A DNA stretch of 64,000 nt, from contig NC_068993.1 of assembly GCF_001194135.2 (NCBI RefSeq), positions 26,055,321-26,119,320 of the forward strand. The letters are read 5' to 3'. Of the stretch, positions 50,318 to 63,695 are shown piece by piece. A model generated the notes under the pieces. That model was given only the letters and a program-made list of their open reading frames with translations, did not search any database and had not been told where the DNA came from. Position numbers and translations under genes: made by a program. The DNA comes from Octopus bimaculoides (Eukaryota). The first letter of the stretch is position 1. Every line of letters begins with the position of its first letter.

Positions 50318-50725
50318 GGCGTAAGAGTGGCTGTGTGGTAAGTAGCTTGCTTACAAACTACATGGTTCCGGGTTCAGTCCCACTGCGTGGCACCTTGGGC
50401 AAGTGTCTTTTACTATAGCCTCAGGCCGACAAAAAGCCTTGTGAGTGGATTTGGTAGACGGAAACTGAAAGAAGCCCGTCGTATATATGTATATATATAT
50501 ATATCTATATATGTGTGTATATGTTTGCGTGTCTGTGTTTGTCCCCCCAACATCACTCGACAACCGATGCTGGTGTGTTTACATCCCTGTAACTTAGCAG
50601 TTCGGCAAAAGAGACTGATAGAATAAGTACTAGGCTTACAAAGAATAAGTCCTGGGGTTGATTCGCTTGACTAAAGGCGGTGCTCCAGCATGGCCACAGT
50701 CAAATGACTGAAACAAGTAAAAGAG
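50318..50725 (+). mobile_element. best-preserved family-A tRNA-derived SINE
   Basis: A-box-like tggctgtgtggt, B-box-like gggttcagtccc, CORE-like ccttgggcaagtgtc, internal (TA)n, 3' gatagaataagtact...gactgaaacaagtaaaag. Confidence 0.9.
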
Positions 50726-51184
50726 TATATATGTAATGCGTGTGAGTGTAAGTAATATATATATGTATATAATACACCAGATACTCTTACCTTCAAACAC
50801 ATTTTTGATGCTCATTTACAACCATCATTTAATGTCAAGACAAGTACATACAAGCACACACAAACAGGCTTCTTACAGTTTCCATCAACCAAATCCACTC
50901 ACAAAGTGTAGAAGACACTGATCCAGGTGTCATACAGTGGGACTGAGCATGGAACCAAGTGGTTCAGAACCATGCTTCTTATAGATGCATAGAAAATGAA
51001 TGTTAAAAAATGAAGTTAAAACTCAAAATGCCAGGGTCAAATTGCTCAAAAGGATCTGACAGAACTAAGAACTATATTGTGCACCAATGATCACTTTTGC
51101 CTTATTTCTAAGAATGGAGGATCTTCCTAATTCCAATAATTTTTAAAAGTGTATCGGGTACACTTTTCTTATCGCGCATGCATG

Positions 51185-51185
51185 C

Positions 51186-51242
<57 letters not shown>

Positions 51243-51248
51243 TGTGTG

Positions 51249-51284
<36 letters not shown>

Positions 51285-51290
51285 CACATA
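51185..51290. repeat. (TG)n microsatellite
   Basis: Direct reading. Confidence 0.95.
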
Positions 51291-54200
51291 CATACACTCA
51301 TATATATATTCAAAAACTAAAGAAGAGGGAAGCATTTCAAAAACAGAAACGTTCAAATATCATTGATGAACACTATTTCAGTAAACATGGAATTAATGTA
51401 CAGTAGTCAAGAGTGAGTTTTGTACCAAAATTATCTTTAAAAATATCTGCAATAAAGATATCTGCAATGAAGAAAATGTATAAATTAAATAGGATTTAAA
51501 TAAAACAACAAACAGCTAAGAGTCAATGTTTACTAGTACCCAGTAGGAAGACACTTAAGAAATAACTGTAACAAGGTTGAAATGGTTTGAATTCTACAAA
51601 AATAATTCCTAGTAAGCAGGGGACTTTAGGAAGTAGTATAAAAGGTGGGACTAATGTTTCATGTGAGGATTTTATTCTTCTCCGGTGAAGGGCCTCAGCT
51701 GAAAGTGTAGTCTTCACTTCTCCCAGTACACTTATATATTCTTCTGTTTTTGAAAATTTAAGAGGAACATTTACAGAACGTTATGCTTCAACAATTCTTT
51801 AATGTAATATCTATTTAAGAATCTGATTTCTGTGCAAGGAAGGTAAGAAATACGGGGAAATTAACTGTTAAACTGTAATAAATACAGACTCAGTTTTTCT
51901 TTGTTTATTTGAACTGCTTTTATTGAATATGTTTTTGATAAATCTATTTTGAAGGTTCATTTAGCAATTGAAGCAATCTTTGAACTGGAAAAATAGATGA
52001 AAGAAAACTAAAGACAATTAGAACAGATGATGTATATATATTCAAAGTTTGTTTCTATTGTTTTGAGATATAGACAGGTGGAGATTTGGCAATGACATAA
52101 GTAGATCAAACAATTATGAAGAATATACAACCACTACATCTTATCAGATATTAATAACACTGACATGGCTAAATATTACATTTAGGTATATTTTTGCTTT
52201 GTCTTGCTTTCGTACTATCATAGGTTGGAGTATCTATGTTCCTCTCCTTTAAACATCTTAGTTTTTATGCATAAGAGCCAACTATAATAAGAGTTGAGGG
52301 GTGGCAAAAATCCACAGTAATATGCAGTTGTATCTCTTTACATTCTGTATCCAAATCCTGCTGGTGTCATATTTGCTTTTCATCTCCACAAAATGCATTG
52401 CAGTAATTGCACTGGAACTGAGTTCAAAGTTCTGAGTTCAAATCATGCCATGATCAACTTTACCTTTCATCCTCTTAAGATCAATTAAAATACCAGTCAA
52501 GTTGAGAGATTAAACAGAATAATCTCTTATCCATAAATTTCTGACCTTGTGCTTATATTATAAACAATTAATAGCAACAGATTCATAAAACTAAGGGATC
52601 ATTAGATAAAATGACATGTACTATTAAGGAGAATTCCTTCATGTTGTGTGTGCAAACCTTGTCAGGGCTATCATTGTTTCTAAACTTCAGGATGGAGTTG
52701 GGAAGGGAGGAAAAAACATTAGTACCAGTCATGTGCAGAGATTGAATAAAATGCCTGCACTTTCTCCACGTAATATATAGCTTTGTACTTATGTCAGAAA
52801 AAATGTTTTTCTTTGTTAATAGAAAACAAAGTAAATCCCAGTGAAAATTAAATCAATGAAACTCGTTTTTTTTTTTTCCTGCCTTTAAAGGCTATGTCAG
52901 TTCGAAGGAAACAAATGCAGAACATTGAGATACTAGAGAAAATTATGTTTCCAGGCCAGTGTTTTCTTTTATTTCAGTCATTTTCACAAGCATGTTACTA
53001 ATAAATATTAGCCACAGACATTATCTTCAGTGTTTGTAACTGGTTAAAAATTTAGCCATCAAGCTTTGGAATTAGATAACTCCAGTCTATAGATTGGGAG
53101 TTATATTTATAAATATAAATAGTGGATAATGGTGGACTGTTTTACAAAGCAAGAAGCAATGCTAGTAAAATGATGCCAGTGGTAGTAGTGTTGCTGAGAA
53201 GAGAAGTGGTAGTGGTCAATATTGTTAGTAAAAAGTCAAACTTCAACTGCATCATACTTGTTTACCTGTTACTCAGACAGCATGACACCCACTAGCTGGT
53301 ATTTGTTATCTCCTAGCTAGTGTTTATGTTAAGGAAATCAATCAAAATGGAACTGCTACTTATTGCTTGCCCTTGTTGTTATTTTTGTGTTGTTATAATA
53401 GATGTGAAACATAGCATGAATGCTGTGTGTACTTTTGATATCATTTCCCAGTTCCTGATACAACTCTGGTGTAAACTGATACTCATACAACAGCTTTTTA
53501 CTAGCTTGATTGGATAACAGGCTAGTCTAAAGATCTGTTGACATGAAACACACATACACACACACACACACAGACATACATACACACACATAACATTCAT
53601 TCAGACACACAGACTAAATACCACTCTGCATATGCACACCACACACATACACAAAGATAACAGAACATACACATACACCAAAAGGTAACTCCACCTTCCC
53701 TACTGTTAGTTGCTGCACCAAATCAGAAATAAAAGATAAACTAAATAATAGGTGACAATCATAAGTACTAGAGACTTACATATTACACTAAGGTTGTGAC
53801 AGTTAATTGCTTGATCACAACATAGTCAATATTTTCTAAGCAGTTGAAATGTTCAAGAACCAGTTAACCATTCACCTTTGATGTTATTAACTTTACTTGA
53901 AATTGGTCATATTCATCAAAAATAAAGATCAGACTTTTGCCTTTATAATCTCTGACAATATAAAGGAAAGTTGATCTAGCATAATGAATGAAGATAGTTC
54001 CATGTTTCCAATCATGCGATTGATGTAAGTTTTACTGTATAATTATGTTCAGATGCAAGAACAGTCCAAATTCACTAATCATATGTCCAGTAAATAGCAT
54101 TCTTCTCACACTTTATACAATAAACATCTTTTTAGACTTTAAAATCAACATTATATTTTATGACATATACAATACCATTTTCCATAGAAACTCTAATAAT

Positions 54201-54439
54201 ATACAAATTTTAAAATGTATATTGAATAGGCAAATTGAGTATTATAACATTTTGGTTTGTTTTGTTATTGACATCTATTTTCTTGTTGCTTTTTTTTTTT
54301 GTTTTATTTAACGCCCATTACATGAACTTGCTCTTGTTAAAAATCAATTATGAAAAGGTCAGATTAACTGATTCCACAAGAACAGGTCAGTTGGAGAAAA
54401 CCCTGATCTTAAGAAGGCATACAACAATTATGTTGAAAC

Positions 54440-54765
54440 ACTACGCACATTAGATTATTCTACTGAACTCATTGAGTCATATGAAAGCAGAGGGAGTATA
54501 CATCTACAAGACTGAGAAATATGGAGGCTTAACCATCATATTACAATAATCTGGCTTCCAAACCAAAGTCCTTGCCATAAAGGTGGGAGTAAGAGGGTGT
54601 GTGGGCTAATCTGCCAATGATCTTATGAAACAGTTCTCAATTTCCAAGAGAAAAAGAACTAGAGCTCTTAAGGTAATGGCAAAAGCAGCCAAGAAGGGTT
54701 CCAGCTGGATCTGGTCAAAGAATAATGGAACTGAATTTCAGGAGGCATCATTTATTCTACCTTTA
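54440..54765 (+). mobile_element. second HERO-like REL C-terminal fragment
   Basis: IYKTEKYGGL and QTKVLAIKVGVRGCVG*SANDLMKQFSISKRKRTRALKVMAKAAKKGSSWIWSK. Confidence 0.65.
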
Positions 54766-55989
54766 ACTCCCATCTCAGACTGAACTAGTGACAATACCCA
54801 AGTTACTTTGGCTTTGAGGCACTTTAACCACTCAGGAGGATTGCAATGCAAACAGTAGCACAGAGTGTAACAGCAGAGTATCCAGGAGTCATGAGTTAAA
54901 AGCTGAAGCAATTGCATAGGGAGGAGAAGGGAGGGCTTCCTCTCTGAAGACCTTCTGCTGTTCAGCTCTCCTTAGAGTTTCTGACTAGCTATCTGGCTGA
55001 GTTAGATTGGCTGATGACAAATTCTATTGTTATATCACAGCTGAGTGGGGGGGGGGGGGTGATTAGCAGTTATAAACAAGTTGCCCCAACAAATCCCAAC
55101 CATAATGGTATGGAAAAGTAAATGTAAAATAGAAATAAAATTGAAACACAAATAAAACAGAGCTCAGGTCAAACTAACTTCAACCAGACCCTTAAATGAA
55201 ATAGAATACACTTTATAATAAAGAATAAGTGAACTGAGACAATAACATCTTTCAATAGATGAACATATTTTAGAGCTACTAAAAACGTTCTTAAAGTTGA
55301 CTCTTGGAATGTTCCAGCCATTTTTTTGAAAGCTTACATCAATAAAATAAATTCAAACAGTAAATGTTTATATTCCAGTTAAAATGTGGCAAAAACAGGA
55401 CATTCAATGCAGAAGAGGCTCCATTACACACCAATACTGAAGTAACAAACCATTGAGGAAGCTTCTATGTTGTGGCAATATCTACTAGACACAGCAACCA
55501 AAGCACCCTCTAATAACACTCAATTATCTTAAATAAATAAAGAACATATCACAGTTCTACATATCCACTAAAATTATGAGATGGTAATGAAAGAACACTT
55601 CTGATCATAGGCTTACTACTCAATCAGAGCCAACCTAGAGATAAAAAATAACATACTGAGTTATAATATATAATGTGATCACCTCCTTTATTCATACAAT
55701 GAAACAAGTTTTATTTGTGAAATTTCTGCCATATAACCATCATGAACAATAACTTATTCTTCAAAATGTAAAAACTTCTATACCCACATGTTAGTAAACT
55801 AGCATTATAAACTATTAAGATTTTCTTTCCACCTTTCTTTGATTTTTTTGAAACTAGAATTAGAAATGTCTATAGCATTCATGGGCTTTCTTTCTCTACA
55901 AGGCAACAGGGACAATATCATTAATGTTCAGTGGAGAGAAACATGAGCAGACAGAGGGTTCCAAAGGGATGTAGTTCTAGATGAAAATT

Positions 55990-56230
55990 AGCAAGGTGGT
56001 GTGCATGAAGTCTAAAATGTGAGACACACATCTGGCAGGGGAACTAGAGGCGAGAGCACTGAAATATTCTAGGTCAGGTGTGGTAAAATCTTCATCATCA
56101 AGGACATTTAGAATATAAAAACTGCTGAAATAATTAGCAAAAGAGACATCAACATAATATAAATGAGCCAGAATTTGTAAATCAGGTGATTGAAGATCTG
56201 CTGTTCTAGGTTCAAATTTGTAGTAAGCAG
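55990..56230 (+). mobile_element. possible CR1/L2-like 3' remnant
   Basis: TSGRGTRG and AEIISKRDINI resemble the TRGH...K and LP..VV.A.SIN.FK C-terminal motifs; weak. Confidence 0.3.
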
Positions 56231-57582
56231 TTAATAACAAACTGATAGTGATCACAATTATCTGGAAGAGAACTTTGTAAATTTTGTGTAAATTAACCAT
56301 AAATGAAGTTGTTGAAATACAGATCACAAAGTAGTTGAAGTTATGCTACATCAATTTCTCAAGTTTTATGAAGAAAAATTATAGAGAAGTAATGAATTGA
56401 ATACCAATTATTATTATCATTATAATCATTACTATATTCATCATAGATTGTTAAGTAATAAAATAATGAATTGGGCTAACTCATTCAGTCTTAATTCTTT
56501 GTTTTAAATTCAAATCTGCGAGAGTTGGGGTTTTCCTTTCAACCTTTAATGGTTGATGAAATAAGGGCCAATTCTACTGATGATAGCTGTCATACAAAAT
56601 TTCTGGCCTTATTCCAATCTAAACAACCATTATCATTCATCATCATCATCATCATCATCATCATTTAGCACATTTTTCCATGCTGACATGGGTAAGACGG
56701 TTTGACTGGAGCTGGTAAAATGCACCAATTATTATTATTATTATTATGATTATGATTATTATTAAGGTGGTGAGCTAGCAGGATTGTTAGCACACTAGAC
56801 AAAATGCCTAGCAGCATTTCATCCGTCATTACATTCCAAACTCAATTCCACTGGAGTTAAATCAATCAACTAAAGCCTTGGTTGAAGATACTCAATATTT
56901 AACAACTGAAGCACAAGTTCAATTCCCAGCTGCAGTTCTTTTACTGATGGATTGTAAGAAGCACTGACATCAAATCAAACAATTGTTGTAGTCTACTCAC
57001 TATGAAGGGGGTCGATAAATGACTGCTTACAGCATAATGAAATAGTAATCATTTTATTATAATTATCATTTTTCTATTTAATCATAATTATCATATAACT
57101 CATTAAATTGTGATATTCACAAATCATTTCAAATAGTAACCAGAGGTAACCATTAATTATATTAAGATACAATGATACCCACAAATCATATCAGAGATAC
57201 CAATATAGCATATTAAAGAGAACGATATCTACATGTCATATCTTATACAGAGGTGTCCACACTATATTAAAATATACTTGTGACTACATTGTATTAATTA
57301 TAGCAACATCCACACATTATACTGAATATTGAATGGTTCACATTATATTAAATATAGTGATGTTCACAGTGTATTAAATATAGTGACATCCACATTATAG
57401 AAAATTTAGTGATGACTAGAGATTATACTAAATATTGTGATGATCACACATTATGCTAAATATAGTCATGATAATATACCGACTATTGGGATGACCAAAC
57501 TATACTGAACATATGATATCCACAATGCATTAACTATGGAGATATCCATACATTTTATTAAATGCAGTGATATGTACACATT

Positions 57583-57761
57583 ATCATCATCATCATCATC
57601 GTTTAACGTCCGCTTTCCATGCTAGCATGGGTTGGACGATTTGACTGAGGACTGGTGAAACCGGATGGCAACACCAGGCTCCAGTCTGATTTGGCAGAGT
57701 TTCTACAGCTGGATGCCCTTCCTAACGCCAACCACTCAGAGAGTGTAGTGGGTGCTTTTAC
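57583..57761 (-). mobile_element. RTE 3'-tail copy running into the gap
   Basis: High similarity to 26760-26930. Confidence 0.88.
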
Positions 57762-57956
57762 NNNNNNNNNNNNNNNNNNNNNNNNNNNNNNNNNNNNNNN
57801 NNNNNNNNNNNNNNNNNNNNNNNNNNNNNNNNNNNNNNNNNNNNNNNNNNNNNNNNNNNNNNNNNNNNNNNNNNNNNNNNNNNNNNNNNNNNNNNNNNNN
57901 NNNNNNNNNNNNNNNNNNNNNNNNNNNNNNNNNNNNNNNNNNNNNNNNNNNNNNNN
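57762..57956. other. assembly gap (195 N)
   Basis: N run. Confidence 1.
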
Positions 57957-58001
<45 letters not shown>

Positions 58002-58499
58002 CTGAATATAGTGATATCAAAATTATACTAATATAGCAATATCAACACATGATGTAAAATATACTAATGACAACATTATACAGAATAGAGAGACATCCAT
58101 ATAATAGGAAATATAGAGATGTCTACATATCAGATATAGTGATTTCCACCTTACATTGGATATAGTTATATCCACATTATATTATGTATGAAATTGACAG
58201 CAAGTTATATCAAATATGAGTGCACACCAGAGTACATATACAACACCAACAATGAGATTTGACTCAAGGCCTATAAAAAGGCAATATACAATCATATCTT
58301 ATGTGTTCAGTATTCTTATATCTTAATTGTAGACATGATATCCATTAACATCAGTATAAATACAGTGATATCTAGTAATATCAGTACAGCATACTGAAGA
58401 CGGTTGTGATTGCAACTCAGAAAATTTTATCAATAGATGTAGGATTAGTGAAATCATCCATATTAAATCTAATCTCCAAATACCAGCATACTCTAACAA

Positions 58500-58751
58500 A
58501 CAAACTATATTGCTGCCAAGTTCAAAGTGTGGTCCACATTACTCAGTAAGAAGTACAGGGGCAGTGTATATATTCCTCCCTGGACAGATTGCTAGTCTGT
58601 CACAGGGTTACGCATTTTCATCAGCTGAGTGGACTAGAGAAACATGAAGTGTTTTGCTCAAGAACACAATGCATCACCCAGTGCAGGGATCGATACCACA
58701 ATCTTACAATCATGAGTCCAACACCTTAACCACTATGCCACGCACCTCCAC
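58500..58751 (-). mobile_element. tRNA-headed SINE, family D
   Basis: Minus-strand head gtggaggtgcgtggcatagtggttaagg (A box), gtatcgatccc (B-box-like), core shared with 46188-46480. Confidence 0.75.
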
Positions 58752-58871
58752 ATATCATGTTGAATGCACCAGTTCTCATCCAATAAACCAAAGTTAAGCA
58801 ACGTTAGTACTTAGTTAGTACCTAGTTAGTACTTAGACGGGTAACTGCTTGGGAAGCCTAGGCGTTGTAAT
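58751..58871 (+). pseudogene. 5S rRNA pseudogene, 5'-clipped, with internal 11-bp tandem duplication
   Basis: catatcatgttgaatgcaccagttctcatccaataaaccaaagttaagcaacgt ... tagttagtacttagacgggtaactgcttgggaagcctaggcgttgta follows the invertebrate 5S rRNA sequence; no T-run terminator. Confidence 0.88.
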
Positions 58872-60296
58872 CTGTCATGTAAATGAAGCCTAATTTTACT
58901 AATTCATCTAGCACTAATGTACCAGATGTACGTGAAAGACCATTAATACCTTGAAATTGGTTTGATAATTAACTGCATGCAAAACAAGGAGACAAAGGTC
59001 AAGTAAAATGTAATGTCTTGTTGAAGCTGAAAAACTTGACAAACTTTTACTGAGTTTCACATAACTCATCATCAGACAGAAGTGAACTTTTGGAACAGTA
59101 CAATGGTTTATAAATGTTCATAACTGATGCCATGGTAACGTTTTGGTAAAATCATCAAATAAGCATTTAAAGCAGATTGGACGGGGGTTTATGATGCTTT
59201 AAAATCAGTGGAATGTGTTGGCTAAAACCACTAGCTATTGACAAAGAACAATATAGACATTAAAATAGAGTAAGATAAAGATGAATAAAATGAATCACAT
59301 TGTATTAGTATAGGGTAATAGTTATACTATTTGCAGAAAAGGAAAACAAAATTCATTTTAAAAATTAAGAATTCAAGAAACACAAATACAAAAAAAAAAA
59401 AAAATTAAAACAGGGCCAATATGTGAATCACAAAATAAATTATACACACACATACACATACACCACACATACACATACACCACACACACAAACACACATA
59501 TGCAAACATTTGCACATACATTAGAGTAAAGACAAAATCAAATACTGATATTTTGAATGTATTTAATACATGTTTCTGTTAGTTATGTAAGCTAACCCTT
59601 ATACAATCCTGTTTAAGTGTCTAAGTACCTAATTTATATATTTGTACTGATGTGTATGCATCTTTAAATGTGTTTTGATGGATGTATATCTGTACATGTA
59701 TGCATAGTTATATGAAAGTTATCATGTACATGAGTGAATACGTATATGTAAATCTGTATATCTAAGTGTATGTGCATCTCCACACAAATGTATATATGTT
59801 GGAGGTTTGAGTTTTTTTCTTTGTACATGTGTCTGTGCATTTAAACTGATTTAAAAATAAAGGTATATTTACACACACACACACACACACACACATATAA
59901 AATATATGTATGTTTATATATACATTAATTTATATACATATCAGTTTCTGGGCAGGCTTTTCACCTTCAAACTATATTATATTATATATAGTTCTGCATG
60001 CAACCAACTCCATGTATTTAAATGCTTTCCACAATAAACTTGCACTTTTTTAAATGGCTCAGGGGAAGCTATGTGATACAAGCACTCACCTCTGAATGCA
60101 AAGCTTCTTTTAGCATAAACAACTGTAAGCTAATGAAAGTGATTACATAGTTCCTGTTCTGTTGTCATTCACACACACGCACACAAATATATGTGCATAT
60201 ATACACACGTATACATACACAAAATACTACACATTGAGACTATTACACGAATACACATATTCAGATGGTAGCACTCAAAAACATTTAATAAATGCC

Positions 60297-60346
<50 letters not shown>

Positions 60347-61916
60347 CGTGTGCGCGCATGCGCGTACGTGCATGCTGCAATTGCCTGAATCTAGATGCCA
60401 GCTGGTCTTGCTTCACAAATTCAACAAATATTATGGATACATTTTACGTTTGTCACTGATAGGTGTTTCTGTTACATATATCCTACATCATACCTAATAG
60501 TATATATACAAAATGACCACATCTAGAAATATAAATAAAACATTTTATTCATCAGCTAACATATACATTGATATAGATCAGTTCAAAACACATACAAACA
60601 GTACAACCAAACAATAACAATTTCTTATGTTAGGAAGTTTTTGAAAGGCCTCAGGGGATAATTGAACTGTGATAGTTTTGAAAGGATGCACAAAATAACT
60701 TCAATTAGCAGCTGCTCGTAAAAGTAATTGTTTGGGAGAAAGAGGTATATAGTTTATTAAATAGCCCCCATTAGACCACTGATACTCTATTGCTCAAATT
60801 CAGGGAGATGAATTGTAAAATTAACAGAGGCAGGAATAGGCCAGACATTTGCAGCAATGTGAAAGCGAGAGGTGAGATAAATGTCATCAATAGTTAGGCT
60901 AAAGTTTGCATTCGAAAAGCAACAGTGTCAAACAACAATACACAGTACAGCTACATAAGGTGAGGCAGGTGAAACTTAATCTCCAGGAATTTTATTATTA
61001 ACTGAGAGTCCTTTCACTCATTCTCTTTATATCTCTCTTTCTCTTCATCTCTTCTCCTCTTCTACTGTCTTTCCACCACCAAAATTTGCCACCTTGAATC
61101 CGTAATCTCTTTTTTATCTTCTCTTTTCTTGCTAATTACTCTCCCCCATCACCTACCAATCTTCCTCACTTCCATCATTCATGAGTAATAATGTGAGGTG
61201 AATCAAATCTTGTATAATTTTTTTATATTTTTTTGTACAATTTTTAAAATATGAAATATTTTAAAGATTTAATCTATGTGTGAGTACGTGTATGTTTGCC
61301 TGTATGTGTGCTTGAGTGTTAATGTGTATAAAAGTGTTTGGAAATTACTTGTCAGTAGTTTTGCATGAAATGCCACATATATATGCAAATTAAGATTTGG
61401 CATAAATGAACAATACTATTTTGCTGAGCTCAGCTTACAGTTTAAGATTAAAATGCAAAATTGTTGTTTACAACAGTCTCTGTAGATCCTACATATATCT
61501 ACCACATTAGTGGTGTCTGCCAATCAGCAGGAGCTTCAACACAATTAGCTAAATAAAATATATAGCAGACATTTTCTTATTCCTATTCAAATGTTTGTTA
61601 AAATTTGTCTTATTAACTGAAAACTGATGTAATTTTTATATTAACAAGTAAAGAAAAATACTACAAAACCTATATTGTTATAAATGAGTCTATAGGCTTT
61701 GTTCAACTTTGATATTTTTCTAAGCTTTCAGAGTAGAGGAGAGCTTGAATCTACAACCTACAGACAAACATGAACAGAAAAACTGATGAAGGTAGGTGAT
61801 AGTTTCTCATGCTATTTCTAAATGCTAAACTTACACCAAAGCCTCTGAAGATAAATGCATGGTGAACCAATTTACTTTAATAGTATAAGAGATTCTGTGA
61901 CAAGTTAGGATTTCAA

Positions 61917-61919
<3 letters not shown>

Positions 61920-61970
<51 letters not shown>

Positions 61971-62258
61971 GACAGAGAACAGCTTTTTTTACTACCATTC
62001 TTCAAACAAGCTGCCTTTTATGACTGTCAAGATTTATCAGTATTAGGTCATTTGCCAAAAGCCTACATTGAGAGAGGGAACATTCCTTTCTTGCAATAGA
62101 CTTGATATTCTTCTTCCTAACTTTACAGCATTCAGTCCAGCACATGAATGTCAAAGAAGATAAACTCTCACTATATTTAGTTGTTTACTCTACATTTTTG
62201 CTGACTGCTGCTGCCACACTTGAACTTGTTTGTTGCAGCACTTTAAAATCTACACCTA

Positions 62259-62326
<68 letters not shown>

Positions 62327-62344
62327 ACAACATATACACATTCT

Positions 62345-62390
<46 letters not shown>
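61920..62390. repeat. (CT)n, (CA)n and (CT)n microsatellites
   Basis: Runs at 61920-61967, 62260-62321 and 62350-62385. Confidence 0.9.
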
Positions 62391-62391
<1 letters not shown>

Positions 62392-62942
62392 TATCATTCA
62401 TTCCTTCACTTGCTTGCTTCATTTCTTCTTTAAAATTAGCAGAAGGGACACTATAATGCTGCAGAGGAGGCAGGCTAGCATAATGGGAGATGAGATAATG
62501 CTCTGAAATTGGGATCAGAGGAGAGAGAAAGAAAGAGGTCAGGGTGACAATTTTGGTAATATTCCAGTCGGTGCTATATAAATAAATGTATAATTAGCAT
62601 CACTTTCACACCAAAACAGAAGGCAAATTAAAACACATGCAGCAATTAATGTGAACTAGCAAAGAAAAACAGTCTTTAAGATACATTTATGGTGTAAACA
62701 TTGCTACAAATTAGGGAGCCAAAAGAAAAAATAATAATAATTTAAGATGAAAATAAAATAAACAAACATATTAGAAAAATTCTTTTACATAAACCTTTAT
62801 AACCTAACTTAGAATTTTAAAAAGCCAAACAGATAAAAGAAGCAAATCAAAATATTCAGAGATGCATTATTAACTAATATTTAGGATTCTCATAGTGGCC
62901 TAAATAGACAAGAGGCCCATGTATAATGCAATTAGAATAATG

Positions 62943-63033
62943 CAGTTAGAATATACTATTACATATATGTAATAGTATATTCTAACTGTCAATAACAGCA
63001 GAGAACTATACAAGCTGTGCTGTTATTGACAGT
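62943..63033. repeat. two overlapping perfect inverted repeats (46-bp palindrome; 16-bp stem with 17-nt loop)
   Basis: 62943-62988 is self-complementary; 62985-63000 pairs with 63018-63033. Confidence 0.95.
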
Positions 63034-63504
63034 CTAAATGTATATTTACATACTGAATGTAAATTAGAATTAACAATATTATAAAAAAAATAGTGAGGTG
63101 CTAGGAAGTGTTAGGGGTGGGGATGAAGTCAGAGTTAGACTTAAAGAATAGCTGATCTTAAGAGTAAAAACTCATGAGTTGGATAAAATAACTTTGTTGA
63201 TAGAATTATCCAACTCCTGTAAGCCGAAGAAACCACATAATTTAGTAGTAAGGGAACTAGACAATGAGGCACATGGTCCCATATTTTAAAGAATAAGAAG
63301 GTGTTAAGACATTAATGCCTTTCCCAACTGCATTAAAATGAATTTGTTTAACCAAGAATGCAAGTTACATCAATATAATGCTCACTGATATAATTTGAAA
63401 TGTTGAATATATGATGCAGCTCTCCTTTTATCCAATCATTTAGTTTTATGAAAGTTAGTGGGGCCATAACTTTGGTTTTTAATGTGGGTTTACTCCAAGC
63501 AAAC

Positions 63505-63690
63505 AGGTGCAATTTTAGGGGAGGGGTTGAGTCAATTACATCAACCTCAGTGCTCGAATGGTACTTATCTTATCAACCCCAAAAGGATGAAAGGCAAAGT
63601 TGACCTTGGCAGAATTTGAACTCAGACACAGATGAAATGCCACTAAGCATTTTGCCCAGCATGCTAACGATTCTGCCAGCTTGCTGCCTC
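63505..63690 (-). mobile_element. tRNA-derived SINE, family B
   Basis: Matches 2951-3164. Confidence 0.85.
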
Positions 63691-63695
63691 TGGGT

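Larger units (their letters stand above)
57160..58400. repeat. degenerate about 26-bp minisatellite (consensus near TAGTGATATCCACATTATACTAAATA), interrupted by an RTE tail and a gap
   Basis: tagtga recurs at 57355, 57381 and 57407 (26-bp period); units resume after 57990; array boundaries approximate. Confidence 0.8.

Noticed and set aside
55977-56327. 116-aa minus-strand ORF that looks protein-like
   Set aside because: No recognisable domain or convincing splice context; the opposite strand has weak CR1/L2-like motifs that explain the composition
57160-58400. CRISPR-like periodic array
   Set aside because: Eukaryotic context, contiguous degenerate units with no unique spacers, and no cas genes
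62100-62520. Possible promoter or 5' UTR of a gene (microsatellite-rich, slightly higher GC, 134-aa ORF)
   Set aside because: The ORF is driven by (CA)n/(CT)n repeats; no diagnostic promoter or exon evidence without transcript data
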